The notes under the pieces were generated by a model. That model ran no database searches. It was given only the letters and a program-made list of their open reading frames with translations, and had not been told where the DNA came from. The position numbers and the translations under genes were made by a program. A stretch of DNA of 54,314 nt from Octopus bimaculoides (taxonomy: Eukaryota), in NCBI RefSeq assembly GCF_001194135.2, contig NC_068984.1:135895132-135949445 (forward strand). Direction: 5' to 3'. This document shows positions 10,970-22,254 of the stretch, one piece after another (position 1 is the stretch's first letter; every line of letters starts with the position of its first letter).

Positions 10970-12597
10970 TGTATGTATGCATGTATGTATGCATGTATGT
11001 ATGTATGTTCACATACACATTGATATTTAAAGCTGCTACGCTGTGAAACATTATACATCGGCAGAGATTCTGCTCGCCTAACTTATCTCGTATAAACATC
11101 AATCTAACTTGCTTTAGGGTCTTTTTACTTTTTGAATCCATCTTTCTCATGAAATACAAAGTTATTGATAATAAATATCGATATTAACATCAAAATATTA
11201 GTTAGAAAGATTTGAACGATACGTATAAATTTGATTATTCTGCTCTTTCATCATGGTTATTCCGTAGTTTGGAAATAGGAATGTGGCCATTATTTTTTTC
11301 TTTTTATTCAATTACAAATGCACCCATAAATTTATTTAACCTATGCCAACGTAGGAATGGAGGCCAAGTAATTTTATAAAGATATGTTTATGCGTATGTG
11401 CTTGCAGCCGTGTGTGCACACGTTCATGTGTAGGTAAATATTTGTTTTTCTGTCTAAATATTAATGCATATCGGTATGTATATATAACCATATATATATT
11501 ACAAAGTATGGGGGTTAAGTTCACAGGTGATCTAAACGACTAGGTACGCTTGTTAAGTGGTGTAATGGATTACCAGTGCTCCAAGCTTGTAGCCCAGACG
11601 GTAGCTATGGAGCCATTGTAAATTTCCGATAGAGCGGTTATATAATTGTTAAAGCGGACAACAAACGTGAAGGCAAGAGAAACATCTCAAGTTATATACC
11701 TTATTACTATTGGAAAAATTCAAAGTCTTCCAATGACATGAGAAATCTTTATATTCACATGTGCATCTACAATTACATACATTATGTATGTTCATGCCTT
11801 TATCTATTTTGGTATAGGGCCTACAATTATAAAAAAAAATCAGTATTTTGCCACTGAATCATCGCTTATCTTCTGTAAATATCTACGTGAATCAATTTAG
11901 CAAAGGTCTAACGCAATATTATTTTCATGTAAAAAAACAAACGTACTGACATAGCTTGAGCATGTGTTTACATGTCACAAAAAAATCCATCAAAAGCTTC
12001 TGTTGCTCAACTTGACTTCCAGTATATTCTGTCCTTTCAATCATTCATCAATGGCATTGATCAAATATAATACTTGATAAGTTAACCAAAGTGTCGGCCA
12101 GCAGCAAAATAGCAAATAAATCGTGGATGGTATGCAAGCGCCAGAAAAACTGTAGGTTAGGAGGAGTGGTTATTTATTCAGTGTTAATCTAACAACAATG
12201 ATGATACCCTTGGATGTATTTTTCAGTCAAATGCCTGCTGGATAATATCAGATGGCGAAACAAATTTTATCAACAATAATATATACTCATTTCTTATTTT
12301 TATTTTCCTAAAATTTTCTTTGTGTCTTGCAGCCTTTTCAATGGTCTTAAGACTATTGAAAAGATTGCAAGACGCAACGAAAATTTTAGGGGAAAAAAAA
12401 AAGAAGAAATAAGTGGAAATTTTACCGGTGAGTGTGTTAAATTTTAAGGCGGTGGTGGAAAAACATATACACACATACACAAATACACACATACACAAAC
12501 ACAAAAATACACATACACACACACCCACCCTCTCACTCACTCACTCATTTATGATATATATCTGTTCATATTTGTCGGATGATTTGCTGAAGAGTTC

Positions 12598-12935
12598 CTG
12601 GCTTTGCCTTTCATATTTTCTGAGTCGATAAATTAAGTACCAGTTACGCACTGAGGTCAATGTAATCGATTTAATCCCTTTGTCTGTCCTTGTTTGTCCC
12701 CTCTATGTTTATCCCCTTGAGGGCAATAAAGAAATAAGAAACGTTAGTACACCGGGAGAAATGCTTAGCAGTATTTCGTCTGTCTTTACATTCTGAGTTC
12801 AAATTCTGCCGAGGTCGACTTAGCATTTTATTCTTTCGGGGTCGATAAATTAAGTACCGATTGCGTACTGGGTCGATTTAATCGACTGGTCCCCTCCCCG
12901 AAAAATTTCGACCCTTATTACTAGAGTAGAAAAGA
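12598..12935 (+). mobile_element. Dimeric SINE family B (3' half of one unit followed by a near-complete second unit)
   Basis: gtcgataaattaagtacc...ggtc.at.taatcga occurs twice (about 12624 and 12841). The second unit has B-box gagttcaaattct and the core ccgaggtcgact..c.tt..ttctttcggggtcgataa. Confidence 0.9.
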
Positions 12936-13319
12936 ATATGTCAAGCTTACTTTAATTTTGCTGTCGAATTCAAGATACAAAAGTATGTGGATAAATACTT
13001 TTGTATGTGGATAAATCTGCATAAGATAATATACTTAAATGGACACATTTTTGAAATTTTCTAACATTCATTGGATAAATATTGTTTTACAATACATATC
13101 AAANNNNNNNNNNNNNNNNNNNNNNNNNNNNNNNNNNNNNNNNNNNNNNNNNNNNNNNNNNNNNNNNNNNNNNNNNNNNNNNNNNNNNNNNNNNNNNNNN
13201 NNNNNNNNNNNNNNNNNNNNNNNNNNNNNNNNNNNNNNNNNNNNNNNNNNNNNNNNNNNNNNNNNNNNNNNNNNNNNNNNNNNNNNNNNNNNNNNNNNNN
13301 NNNNNNNNNNNNNNNNNNN

Positions 13320-13350
<31 letters not shown>

Positions 13351-13439
13351 TCAATGGAATTTTTCTTGTATTCCCACTTAGCGACAACATTTCAAACGTT
13401 AACACTAGTCAGCTTTTATAATTTATCATCAGGTTTGCG

Positions 13440-13750
13440 CGAATTTTTTCCTCGTTTACACCTTGTTCTCTCACTTCTTCCCTCTCTTTTTCCCTCACCC
13501 TCTTTCTCTCCTTCTGTTTCCCACACTGATTCTCCCCCCCCTCTCTCTCTGCACCCTCTTATTTCTCTTTTCCGCTTCTTCTGTCTCTCTTAAGCTTTCT
13601 AATCTCCCTCCTGCCTCACTCGTTCTCATCCTCGCACACTTCTCTTTCGTTCAGCATTTCGTTCTCGAAATCTATGGTTTCTGTTTCACTTTAACTCACC
13701 GAGATTCTCTCCCTCCCGCTCTCATAACTCTTCTGACTCTTCTACATCAG
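13440..13750. repeat. Low-complexity pyrimidine (CT)-rich tract
   Basis: Strong C/T bias on the plus strand. Confidence 0.8.
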
Positions 13751-13849
13751 TAGTAGCTCTCCATTGATATGCTGTTGTTTCATGAATCAGTATTTAGGTG
13801 TATTATTGATTCTAACTGTATCACAATATCGTACATTTTGCGCAGGGCT

Positions 13850-13985
13850 GAAAGCCAGGTTAATCAAATCAAGTACTAGACTTGTACTTATATTATCGAT
13901 CCATGAAAGATGAAAAGCATAGTCAATCTTGCTGAAATTTCATATCACAATATAAAGGAATGTAACTAAATACCGGAAACCTTTT
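13850..13985 (-). mobile_element. Degenerate SINE family B
   Basis: gtacttatattatcgatccatgaaagatgaaaagcatagtcaatcttgctgaaattt is the reverse complement of the family B core. Confidence 0.7.
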
Positions 13986-14099
13986 CTTCGGTACTCTCCC
14001 TATTTTACTACCCTTAGTATTCCAAATGAAACAAATAGAATATATTCCTTTCATAAAAGCACAAAGTCACACAATTGTAAGACAACCGAAACCTATCAT

Positions 14100-14195
14100 C
14101 ATCAATTGGTGTTCGTAATAGGCACTTATGCCATCAGGTATAGAAATCTGAAACAAAGTCAAATTCGGCGATATTTATATGAGAACATAGAAGGC
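14100..14195 (-). mobile_element. Highly degenerate SINE family B fragment
   Basis: caaagtcaaattcggcgatatttatatgagaacatagaag resembles caaagtcgacctcggcggaatttgaactcagaacgtaaag. Confidence 0.45.
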
Positions 14196-14214
14196 CTAAC
14201 AAATGACATGGTAG

Positions 14215-14465
14215 AAATGGGTTGTTAAAAAGCTTGCTTTGTAACCAAATGGTTCAAAGTAGATTATGATACATATATTGAGTACATTTTCATTGTTTTT
14301 CTTTTCTTCCCCTCTCTCTCTTTCTCTTTCTATCTCTTTCTCTTTACCATAATATCTATATGGTTCCAGGTTCAGAAACATTGCGTGGCACATTGGCTTA
14401 GTGGCTACTACTACAGTTACTATAGATTTGGGTCCACCAAATCCTTGCGTGTGGATTTGGAAGGC
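14215..14465 (+). mobile_element. Degenerate SINE family A tRNA-like head, interrupted by about 100 bp of CT-rich sequence
   Basis: aagcttgctttgtaaccaaatggttc...tatggttccaggttcag..attgcgtggcac...ccaccaaatccttgcgtgtggatttgg aligns with the reverse complement of 19620-19733. Confidence 0.6.
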
Positions 14466-14474
14466 TATATATGT

Positions 14475-14586
14475 GTCATTGTTTAGTTTTATCTCAAGAT
14501 TTCTTGCCAATAGAAAAAGAACCGGTTTCTAATCTAGACCCAAGGCAACTTTATTGGAATTTCAACATCAGCTGCAGGGTATTTGT
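14475..14586 (-). mobile_element. 3' UTR terminus of the REL-endonuclease (R4/Dong-like) LINE
   Basis: The reverse complement gttgaaattccaat...tctagattagaaacc...ctattggcaagaaatcttga...aatgac matches 18820-18922. Confidence 0.8.
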
Positions 14587-14625
14587 GTATGTGTATGTAT
14601 GTTTGTATGTATGTATGTATGTATG

Positions 14626-14656
<31 letters not shown>

Positions 14657-15951
14657 NNNNNNNNNNNNNNNNNNNNNNNNNNNNNNNNNNNNNNNNNNNN
14701 NNNNNNNNNNNNNNNNNNNNNNNNNNNNNNNNNNNNNNNNNNNNNNNNNNNNNNNNNNNNNNNNNNNNNNNNNNNNNNNNNNNNNNNNNNNNNNNNNNNN
14801 NNNNNNNNNNNNNNNNNNNNNNNNNNNNNNNNNNNNNNNNNNNNNNNNNNNNNNNNNNNNNNNNNNNNNNNNNNNNNNNNNNNNNNNNNNNNNNNNNNNN
14901 NNNNNNNNNNNNNNNNNNNNNNNNNNNNNNNNNNNNNNNNNNNNNNNNNNNNNNNNNNNNNNNNNNNNNNNNNNNNNNNNNNNNNNNNNNNNNNNNNNNN
15001 NNNNNNNNNNNNNNNNNNNNNNNNNNNNNNNNNNNNNNNNNNNNNNNNNNNNNNNNNNNNNNNNNNNNNNNNNNNNNNNNNNNNNNNNNNNNNNNNNNNN
15101 NNNNNNNNNNNNNNNNNNNNNNNNNNNNNNNNNNNNNNNNNNNNNNNNNNNNNNNNNNNNNNNNNNNNNNNNNNNNNNNNNNNNNNNNNNNNNNNNNNNN
15201 NNNNNNNNNNNNNNNNNNNNNNNNNNNNNNNNNNNNNNNNNNNNNNNNNNNNNNNNNNNNNNNNNNNNNNNNNNNNNNNNNNNNNNNNNNNNNNNNNNNN
15301 NNNNNNNNNNNNNNNNNNNNNNNNNNNNNNNNNNNNNNNNNNNNNNNNNNNNNNNNNNNNNNNNNNNNNNNNNNNNNNNNNNNNNNNNNNNNNNNNNNNN
15401 NNNNNNNNNNNNNNNNNNNNNNNNNNNNNNNNNNNNNNNNNNNNNNNNNNNNNNNNNNNNNNNNNNNNNNNNNNNNNNNNNNNNNNNNNNNNNNNNNNNN
15501 NNNNNNNNNNNNNNNATATATATATATATATATATATATAGCGCATTCCAATATGTGTAGTGGGAGTGATATAATGACTTGATGACAATACTGAGCAAGA
15601 TATTTTGTGGTATTATAGTTTTTAATAGCAGTGTTATACTTTCTAAATTCATGTACTACGAATGCTGTCTACGTCTTCGTTTCATTGAGATGCAATAAAA
15701 TAAATACTAATCACATAGCAGATCACTTGATACCATTAAATCGACTATTCTTCTATCACCAATTTCTTGTCAGGTGATAAACCTATTATTAATTTTCATA
15801 TCAGTTTTGCTCTCGATAATATTTTTTTTTTCAACCAGCGTATTCATCTAAAATTACTCATTTTCACGTCTTTTTTTTTTTTCTTGATCCCTATTTTATT
15901 CACACGCTGCAATCAAAATGCCGCACTGAATGCTCCATACCCTCCACAATG

Positions 15952-15991
<40 letters not shown>

Positions 15992-16793
15992 CTTCTTTCT
16001 TCCTTTCTTTCTTTCTTTCCCTACCTTTCGCTGTCTCTTTTTCCTTCATATAATAGTATTTTATAGTTTATTATTTTCTATTAATCAATCTCTTTGTCTT
16101 GACAACTTTTTTCTTATTTTCTCTCCATCTCAATGCCTGCGCATTTCTTCCTTGTATATACATTTCTCTATCTCCCTCGCTCTCGACAATTTCTCTACCT
16201 CCCCCCCTCTCTCTCTCTCTCTGTTTCTCTATCTCAGATACTTTGTTTCTGTGTCTCTTTTACAGTCTTTCTTTTGTTTACATTTTCTTTCCCTATTTCT
16301 CTTCCCCAACTACCACACCCCTTCTTCTGTTTCTTCTTCTTTTTCTTCTTCTTCTTTTTCTTCTTCTTCTTCTTCTTCTTCTTCTTCTTCTTCTTCTTCT
16401 TCTTCTTCTTCTTCTTCTTCTTCTTCTTCTTCTTCTTCTTCTTCTTCTTCTTCTTCTTCTCTAGCTCTCTCCCTCTCTCTGAAACCCTCCTCACACTGTA
16501 TCACTCTCGGTCTACCTAGCTTATTTAACTCACTTCTGTCTAGATTTTCCCCATACACTATTATTTCCTTTCTGATATTCTAAATTGCTGTTTCTTCTGT
16601 TTCACTCTTTCGCCGCCTATTTTATGTATACTTTCACTTTTCCCCCACCTCTCTCTCTCTCTTTCTAACCCTCTCTTTTTCTATCCTTCCCTCTTCCTAT
16701 CTCTCACTCTTTCTCACTCCATGTCAGTTTTCATTACTCAACATTTATCTATATTTCATTCACAATTGCTTTCTTTTTTACGATCTCTCTTTA

Positions 16794-16837
<44 letters not shown>

Positions 16838-16847
16838 NNNNNNNNNN

Positions 16848-16886
<39 letters not shown>

Positions 16887-16895
16887 TCTCTCCCA
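15952..16895. repeat. Pyrimidine-rich block with (TATC)n, (TTC)n at about 16322-16460 and (CT)n at about 16796-16890
   Basis: Directly visible. Confidence 0.95.
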
Positions 16896-17956
16896 CTTTC
16901 CCAATGTTCGTTGCACCTCCCTTACCCTTTCAATCTCAGTTTCTGTGCCTCCTTGACATATGTACCTCCATTACCCTATATCATACTTCATATCTCCTAC
17001 AGTCACTCTCTATATCTAACACAACAATTCCTCTCCTGTTACTGCGACACCCTCCACCGTATCCCCTTAATTACTGAAGGAATAGAAATATCAATAGGGT
17101 AGACAATAGCAAAGCAAGTAAATTACATTAGCTGACATTCTACAGCTGCATGCAACATAACACAAAAGCAGTTATAAAGCCAACCAGTACAGTGCTCTCA
17201 CTAGTAATTCACCATATTGCTTGTTGCCGTTTGGAATGTCTGAAGTAAAGCCTACTATCGCATGCAATAAACTGTATCCGTTACATGCTGAACCCAGATA
17301 ATATTGGAAATGAAAGTAATAGTTATATTGAAAGGGTTGTTATTATTCTTGCTTGTATTGCTTTCTACGCGAATATTCAGTTGCATCTGTTGCTGATCAT
17401 CGTGTTTCTTTTGTCGGGATTATCATTTTTAAATAAAACCCGGCAGTTACTTTCCAGTCGATTTCTGCGAGCATATTCAACCTATACATCATTTTAAAGC
17501 ACAGATAACAATATTCTAACATTTTTTTTTCTTGTAAATTACACGGTGTAACAATTGTCATGACTAATAACCTATCTTTAAAATAGCACGAAGTTAACAA
17601 TCAAATTGATTAATTATCCTATAAGTAAAATGTTTGGAAGGTATTTTCACACATAAGTGAACTAGATTTATCATAAATAACAGCTTACAGTGGAATAAGC
17701 ATTTAACAATATTATCGGCTCAAAGATGTGCGTTGTGTCATAAACATATGTGTCTTTGTGTGTATGTGTGTGGGGTGTGTCTGTCTTTGTGTGCAAGTTT
17801 CTGTAAGTTTGGATGTGTGTATCGATGCACGGATGCATGTACATATTGGTTGTAGAGTATGAAGAATGTAATTTTCTCCCGTTAAAGACTCACAGCAGGA
17901 ATGGGTTTGTAAAGCCCCTGAATTCACACAGTTACACAAACGCACACAAACACACA

Positions 17957-17994
<38 letters not shown>

Positions 17995-18124
17995 CATATA
18001 TATATAGTATCGTGGTACAACAAGGCACCAACGTTTACTGGAAATAGCAGTCGATAATTTTACAACGTTACAGTAAAGCTTTACTGTATATATTCTCGCA
18101 AAGATGTGTGCGGGCAGCGAACAT

Positions 18125-18222
18125 AAAAATACATACATGCATACAGACAGACAGACAGACATACAGACAGACAGACAGGCAGACGGACAGACAGGCAGGC
18201 AGGCAGGTAGGCAGGCAGACAA
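18125..18222. repeat. Compound tetranucleotide microsatellite (CATA)/(CAGA)/(CAGG)
   Basis: Directly visible. Confidence 0.95.
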
Positions 18223-18224
18223 GC

Positions 18225-18320
18225 AATAATACATTGTCGATGATGCTGAAATTCCAATGATTTCGGTTAGAAACCTGTTCTCTCTATTGGCAAGAGATCT
18301 TGAAACGGAATAATGGCATA
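18225..18320 (+). mobile_element. 3' UTR terminus of the REL-endonuclease LINE (with deletions)
   Basis: gctgaaattccaat..ggttagaaacc...ctattggcaagagatcttgaaa..gaataatggc followed by atacatac; same motif as 14475 and 18820. Confidence 0.75.
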
Positions 18321-18332
18321 CATACATATGCA

Positions 18333-18350
18333 TGTATCTATCTATCTATG

Positions 18351-18393
<43 letters not shown>

Positions 18394-18406
18394 TTATCTA
18401 TGTAGC

Positions 18407-18467
<61 letters not shown>

Positions 18468-18468
18468 G
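18333..18468. repeat. (TATC)n-(GTCT)n microsatellite
   Basis: Directly visible. Confidence 0.95.
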
Positions 18469-18471
18469 CAG

Positions 18472-18922
18472 TTACTCTATGCAGAAAAAGAGAATGCCTA
18501 CGCTAAACTATTGAGAAATGTGCAGTTGCTCTATTCAGCTTACAATTTCAGCTTTATACCTGTAATTATTGGGTCTCCGGGTTATGTAACACACTGCATA
18601 AATAACAATCTTGAGAAATTAGGTTTCTCAAAACCAGGAAGGAGAAAGCTGTTTCGAAGACTACAGATCCAAATCATCACTGGAACTGTAAAATGTTGTC
18701 AAACTTCCCAGAAGATTATCATTTAAATATATACGAGCATGTCTAGATATGTAACTCTATACATGAGAATACATGCGTAAAACAAAGCTACATACATAGG
18801 TACATAATACATACAAAATTACCCTGTGGTTGAAATTCCAATTAATAAGCTCTGGATCTAGGTTAGAAAAACTTAACCTTTCACTATTGGCAAGAAATCT
18901 TGAAATTAAACTGAATAATGAC
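18472..18922 (+). mobile_element. 5'-truncated non-LTR retrotransposon with restriction-like (REL) endonuclease C-terminus (R4/Dong or NeSL-like) plus 3' UTR
   Basis: The open frame 18472-18726 reads AEKENAYAKLLRNVQLLYSAYNFSFIPVIIGSPGYVTHCINNNLEKLGFSKPGRRKLFRRLQIQIITGTVKCCQTSQKIII*. This fits the REL tail pattern K..KY..L...L......IP.V.GALG.V...L...L..LG...LQ...L.GT.KI. The UTR ends in (ACAT)n. Confidence 0.8.
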
Positions 18923-19068
18923 ACACATACATACATACATATATACATACATACATACATGCATACGTAAATACATATATATAAGGCTGCAAAATGGATG
19001 CTGTACTGGTGAAGGTCACCTCCAGTAAATACAAATTTGTGTACATATGTATATATGTATATATATAC

Positions 19069-19114
<46 letters not shown>

Positions 19115-19115
<1 letters not shown>

Positions 19116-19350
19116 ATATTAGGGACAAAATCCAAAATCACAGGTAAAAAACTCAATTAAAATCAATTTATAAAAAATTAAAATTAAATTGAGCCTTATA
19201 GATAAAGTATATATAAAATATATAGTTTTAGGGAAAATAACCAATTTTCAAGAACTCATCGAAACTTAGCTGAAAGATCGCTCAATGTATCGAAGTAGGG
19301 ATACTCTTTACACATTTTATTTTTACAAGTATGAAGAGCTTTGATATATA
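19115..19350 (+). repeat. Unclassified interspersed repeat between (TA)n tracts; its last 97 bp recur inverted at 20280-20375
   Basis: Direct alignment, 6 mismatches in 97 bp. Confidence 0.75.
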
Positions 19351-19354
19351 TATA

Positions 19355-19733
19355 TTTACTCTTTTACTCTTTAACTTGTTTCAGTCATCTGACTGCGGCC
19401 ATGCTGGAGCACCGCCTTTAGTCGAGGAAATCGACCCCAGGACTTATTCTTTGTAAGCCTAGTACTTATTCTATCGGTCTCTTTTTGCCGAACCGCTAAG
19501 TTACGGGGACGTAAACACACCAGCATCGGTTGTCAAGCGATGGTTGGGGGGGGGACAACCACAGACACACAAACACACATATATACACATATACGACGGG
19601 CTTCTTTCAGTTTCCGTCTACCAAATCCACTCACAAGGCTTTGGTCGGCCCGAGGCTATAGTAGAAGCCACTTGCCCAAGGTGCCACGCAGTGGGACTGA
19701 ACCCAGAACCATGTGGTTGGTAAGCAAGCTACT
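19355..19733 (-). mobile_element. SINE family A, near full length (5' end runs into the gap)
   Basis: tRNA-like head (B-box gggttcagtccc on minus), core ccttgggcaagtggcttctactatagcctcgggccgaccaaagccttgtgagtggatttggtagacggaaac, short internal CA/TA tract, and tail ctccagcatggccgcagtcagatgactgaaacaagttaaagagtaaaagagta. Aligns with 50487-50939. Confidence 0.95.
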
Positions 19734-20279
19734 NNNNNNNNNNNNNNNNNNNNNNNNNNNNNNNNNNNNNNNNNNNNNNNNNNNNNNNNNNNNNNNNNNN
19801 NNNNNNNNNNNNNNNNNNNNNNNNNNNNNNNNNNNNNNNNNNNNNNNNNNNNNNNNNNNNNNNNNNNNNNNNNNNNNNNNNNNNNNNNNNNNNNNNNNNN
19901 NNNNNNNNNNNNNNNNNNNNNNNNNNNNNNNNNNNNNNNNNNNNNNNNNNNNNNNNNNNNNNNNNNNNNNNNNNNNNNNNNNNNNNNNNNNNNNNNNNNN
20001 NNNNNNNNNNNNNNNNNNNNNNNNNNNNNNNNNNNNNNNNNNNNNNNNNNNNNNNNNNNNNNNNNNNNNNNNNNNNNNNNNNNNNNNNNNNNNNNNNNNN
20101 NNNNNNNNNNNNNNNNNNNNNNNNNNNNNNNNNNNNNNNNNNNNNNNNNNNNNNNNNNNNNNNNNNNNNNNNNNNNNNNNNNNNNNNNNNNNNNNNNNNN
20201 NNNNNNNNNNNNNNNNNNNNNNNNNNNNNNNNNNNNNNNNNNNNNNNNNNNNNNNNNNNNNNNNNNNNNNNNNNNNNAT

Positions 20280-20375
20280 ATATATCAAAGCTCTTCATAC
20301 TTGTAAAAATAAAATTTGTACAGAGTATCTCTACTTCGATATATTGAGCGATCTTTCAGCTACGTTTCTATGAGT
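20280..20375 (-). repeat. Inverted partial copy of the 19254-19350 repeat
   Basis: Its reverse complement matches 19254-19350 at 91 of 97 positions. Confidence 0.85.
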
Positions 20376-21871
20376 ATACGTTATGCATGCATTATTATAT
20401 GTATGTGCATGAATATATATGTGTATGCGTGTGTGTGTATGTGTATGTGTTTGTGCGTGCAGTAGTGTATGTGTGTGTTTTACTACTCTTACCTTCTATA
20501 TAAATTCCCGTCAAATAAGAATTGCAACTATTCGTCCACAACACTCTTGTTTTCACTCTGCAGTTCTAAAGAATTCTTTGTGTTTTTACGCAATATTCAA
20601 TCTAGTTCTTTACAGAAAACATTGTTTCAGAAAGCGAAATATTTACCTGAAGATAACTAAACGTCATCCAAAGATTGTCGCTCTAAGAAGGTCTGCAAAT
20701 GCTACGGGCACGGCCCTTTCCTGTTTGATATGCTGATGTGAAGCTGGTAGATTTCGCAACCCATTTTGCTTAGCATCATGCCACAATCTGATTCACTTAA
20801 AAGGAAAGCTATGCAAAGTTCGGAAATCGATTTTTCGAAGATATTGCGTTTGAAATACTGACATTAGTCCACATGTGTATGTTTGTCTTAAGGCCAGATT
20901 GTGTATTTAAATAAATGTATTTGTTTTCTATTCCTTTACGTGAAAATGTGTATTTCAGTTTCAAATTATAAAATTTATATATAATGCATATGAATGCGTT
21001 GAGATTTTTGCATTTATTCAAGCGAATGAAAGTAGTGGTAACTGTGCGTTTGTTTTCCTATTCTGCTGCTAAAATCTGTGCGTACCTATGTGCGTGCATA
21101 CACACACAGAGACACACCTACGTTCGACACACATATGTTCGAACGTAACGATCTATATGGTTCTACGTGTGGAAAGGTTTACATAGTTCTTTATGCAGGA
21201 AGGTTTCTATGGAAATATTCGAATGCGCGTTTTCTTTGAATTTAAGCATACGTGCACGTATACAAATGTGCCACTATATAGTTGCGTGTATTTGTAAACG
21301 TGTGTGAGTGATCATGCATATCTATACAAACTCATGCAGTTGATAATGTCTCACGAGATTTTGTCATTTCGTCTTATTCAAATAAGCAACGGGAAAAAAA
21401 TGCATAAGAAGGTGGAGCGACTGGGCTGAGTGTTGTAAAATCAATTTAAAATATCGTTGAACAGAAATGAACAGAGCTTCGAATTTACAGAGTAAAGAAA
21501 GCAATGGACTAAAGAAATCAATCGGCATTGTCGTTTGGGATTTTTGTTGTTATATTGCAGACTTTTTTTTTCTATAATTTTCGCTTTTGAAAATTCGAAA
21601 AGAAAATATGAGATCGATATATTTTTATATGATCTGAGAAATTGGATGAAAGTTAACGTTATTGTTCGCAATAAATGAATAAATGACGTAATTCGGAATA
21701 GAGGGAATTAGAAATGGTGTCTTTAAAATATCAAAAAAAAAAAAAGACGTCAAGACTTCAAGACTTCCAACATCAAAGGCTTCAATTTGGTTTCCTTTAT
21801 TGGTATTTTATAGGTTATTTTATATTCTTTCGGTGACCATTTTGCCAAGGCGTAACGTTAAGTGATGAATG

Positions 21872-21906
21872 ATTATTATTATTATTATTACTATTATTAT
21901 TATTAT

Positions 21907-21961
<55 letters not shown>
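21872..21961. repeat. (ATT)n-(ACT)n microsatellite
   Basis: Directly visible. Confidence 0.95.
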
Positions 21962-21962
<1 letters not shown>

Positions 21963-22185
21963 AGGCGGTGAGTTGGGAGAACCGTTAGAACGCCGGGCAA
22001 AATGCATTAATGGCATTTGTTCCAGCTCGTTAGTTTCTCAGTTCAAATTTCGCCAGGGTTGACGTTGCCTTTCATCCGTTCGAAGTCGATAAAATAATTT
22101 CCAGTCGAGCCCTGGAGAAGCAATAGCCGTCCTAACCCTACACGCAAAATTGCTGGCCTTCTGCCACAATTGGAAACCATTATCG
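21962..22185 (+). mobile_element. SINE family B, full length, diverged
   Basis: aaggcggtgagttgggagaaccgttagaacgccgggcaaaatgc...cagttcaaatttcgccagggttgacgttgcctttcatccgttcgaagtcgataaaataa...ctggccttctgcc..ttggaaacc followed by an ATT-like tail. Confidence 0.85.
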
Positions 22186-22254
22186 TTATCATTAATGTTG
22201 TTGTTGATAATCTTGCTTTTGTTTTTATTGTTACTTCTACTATTATTTTTATAA

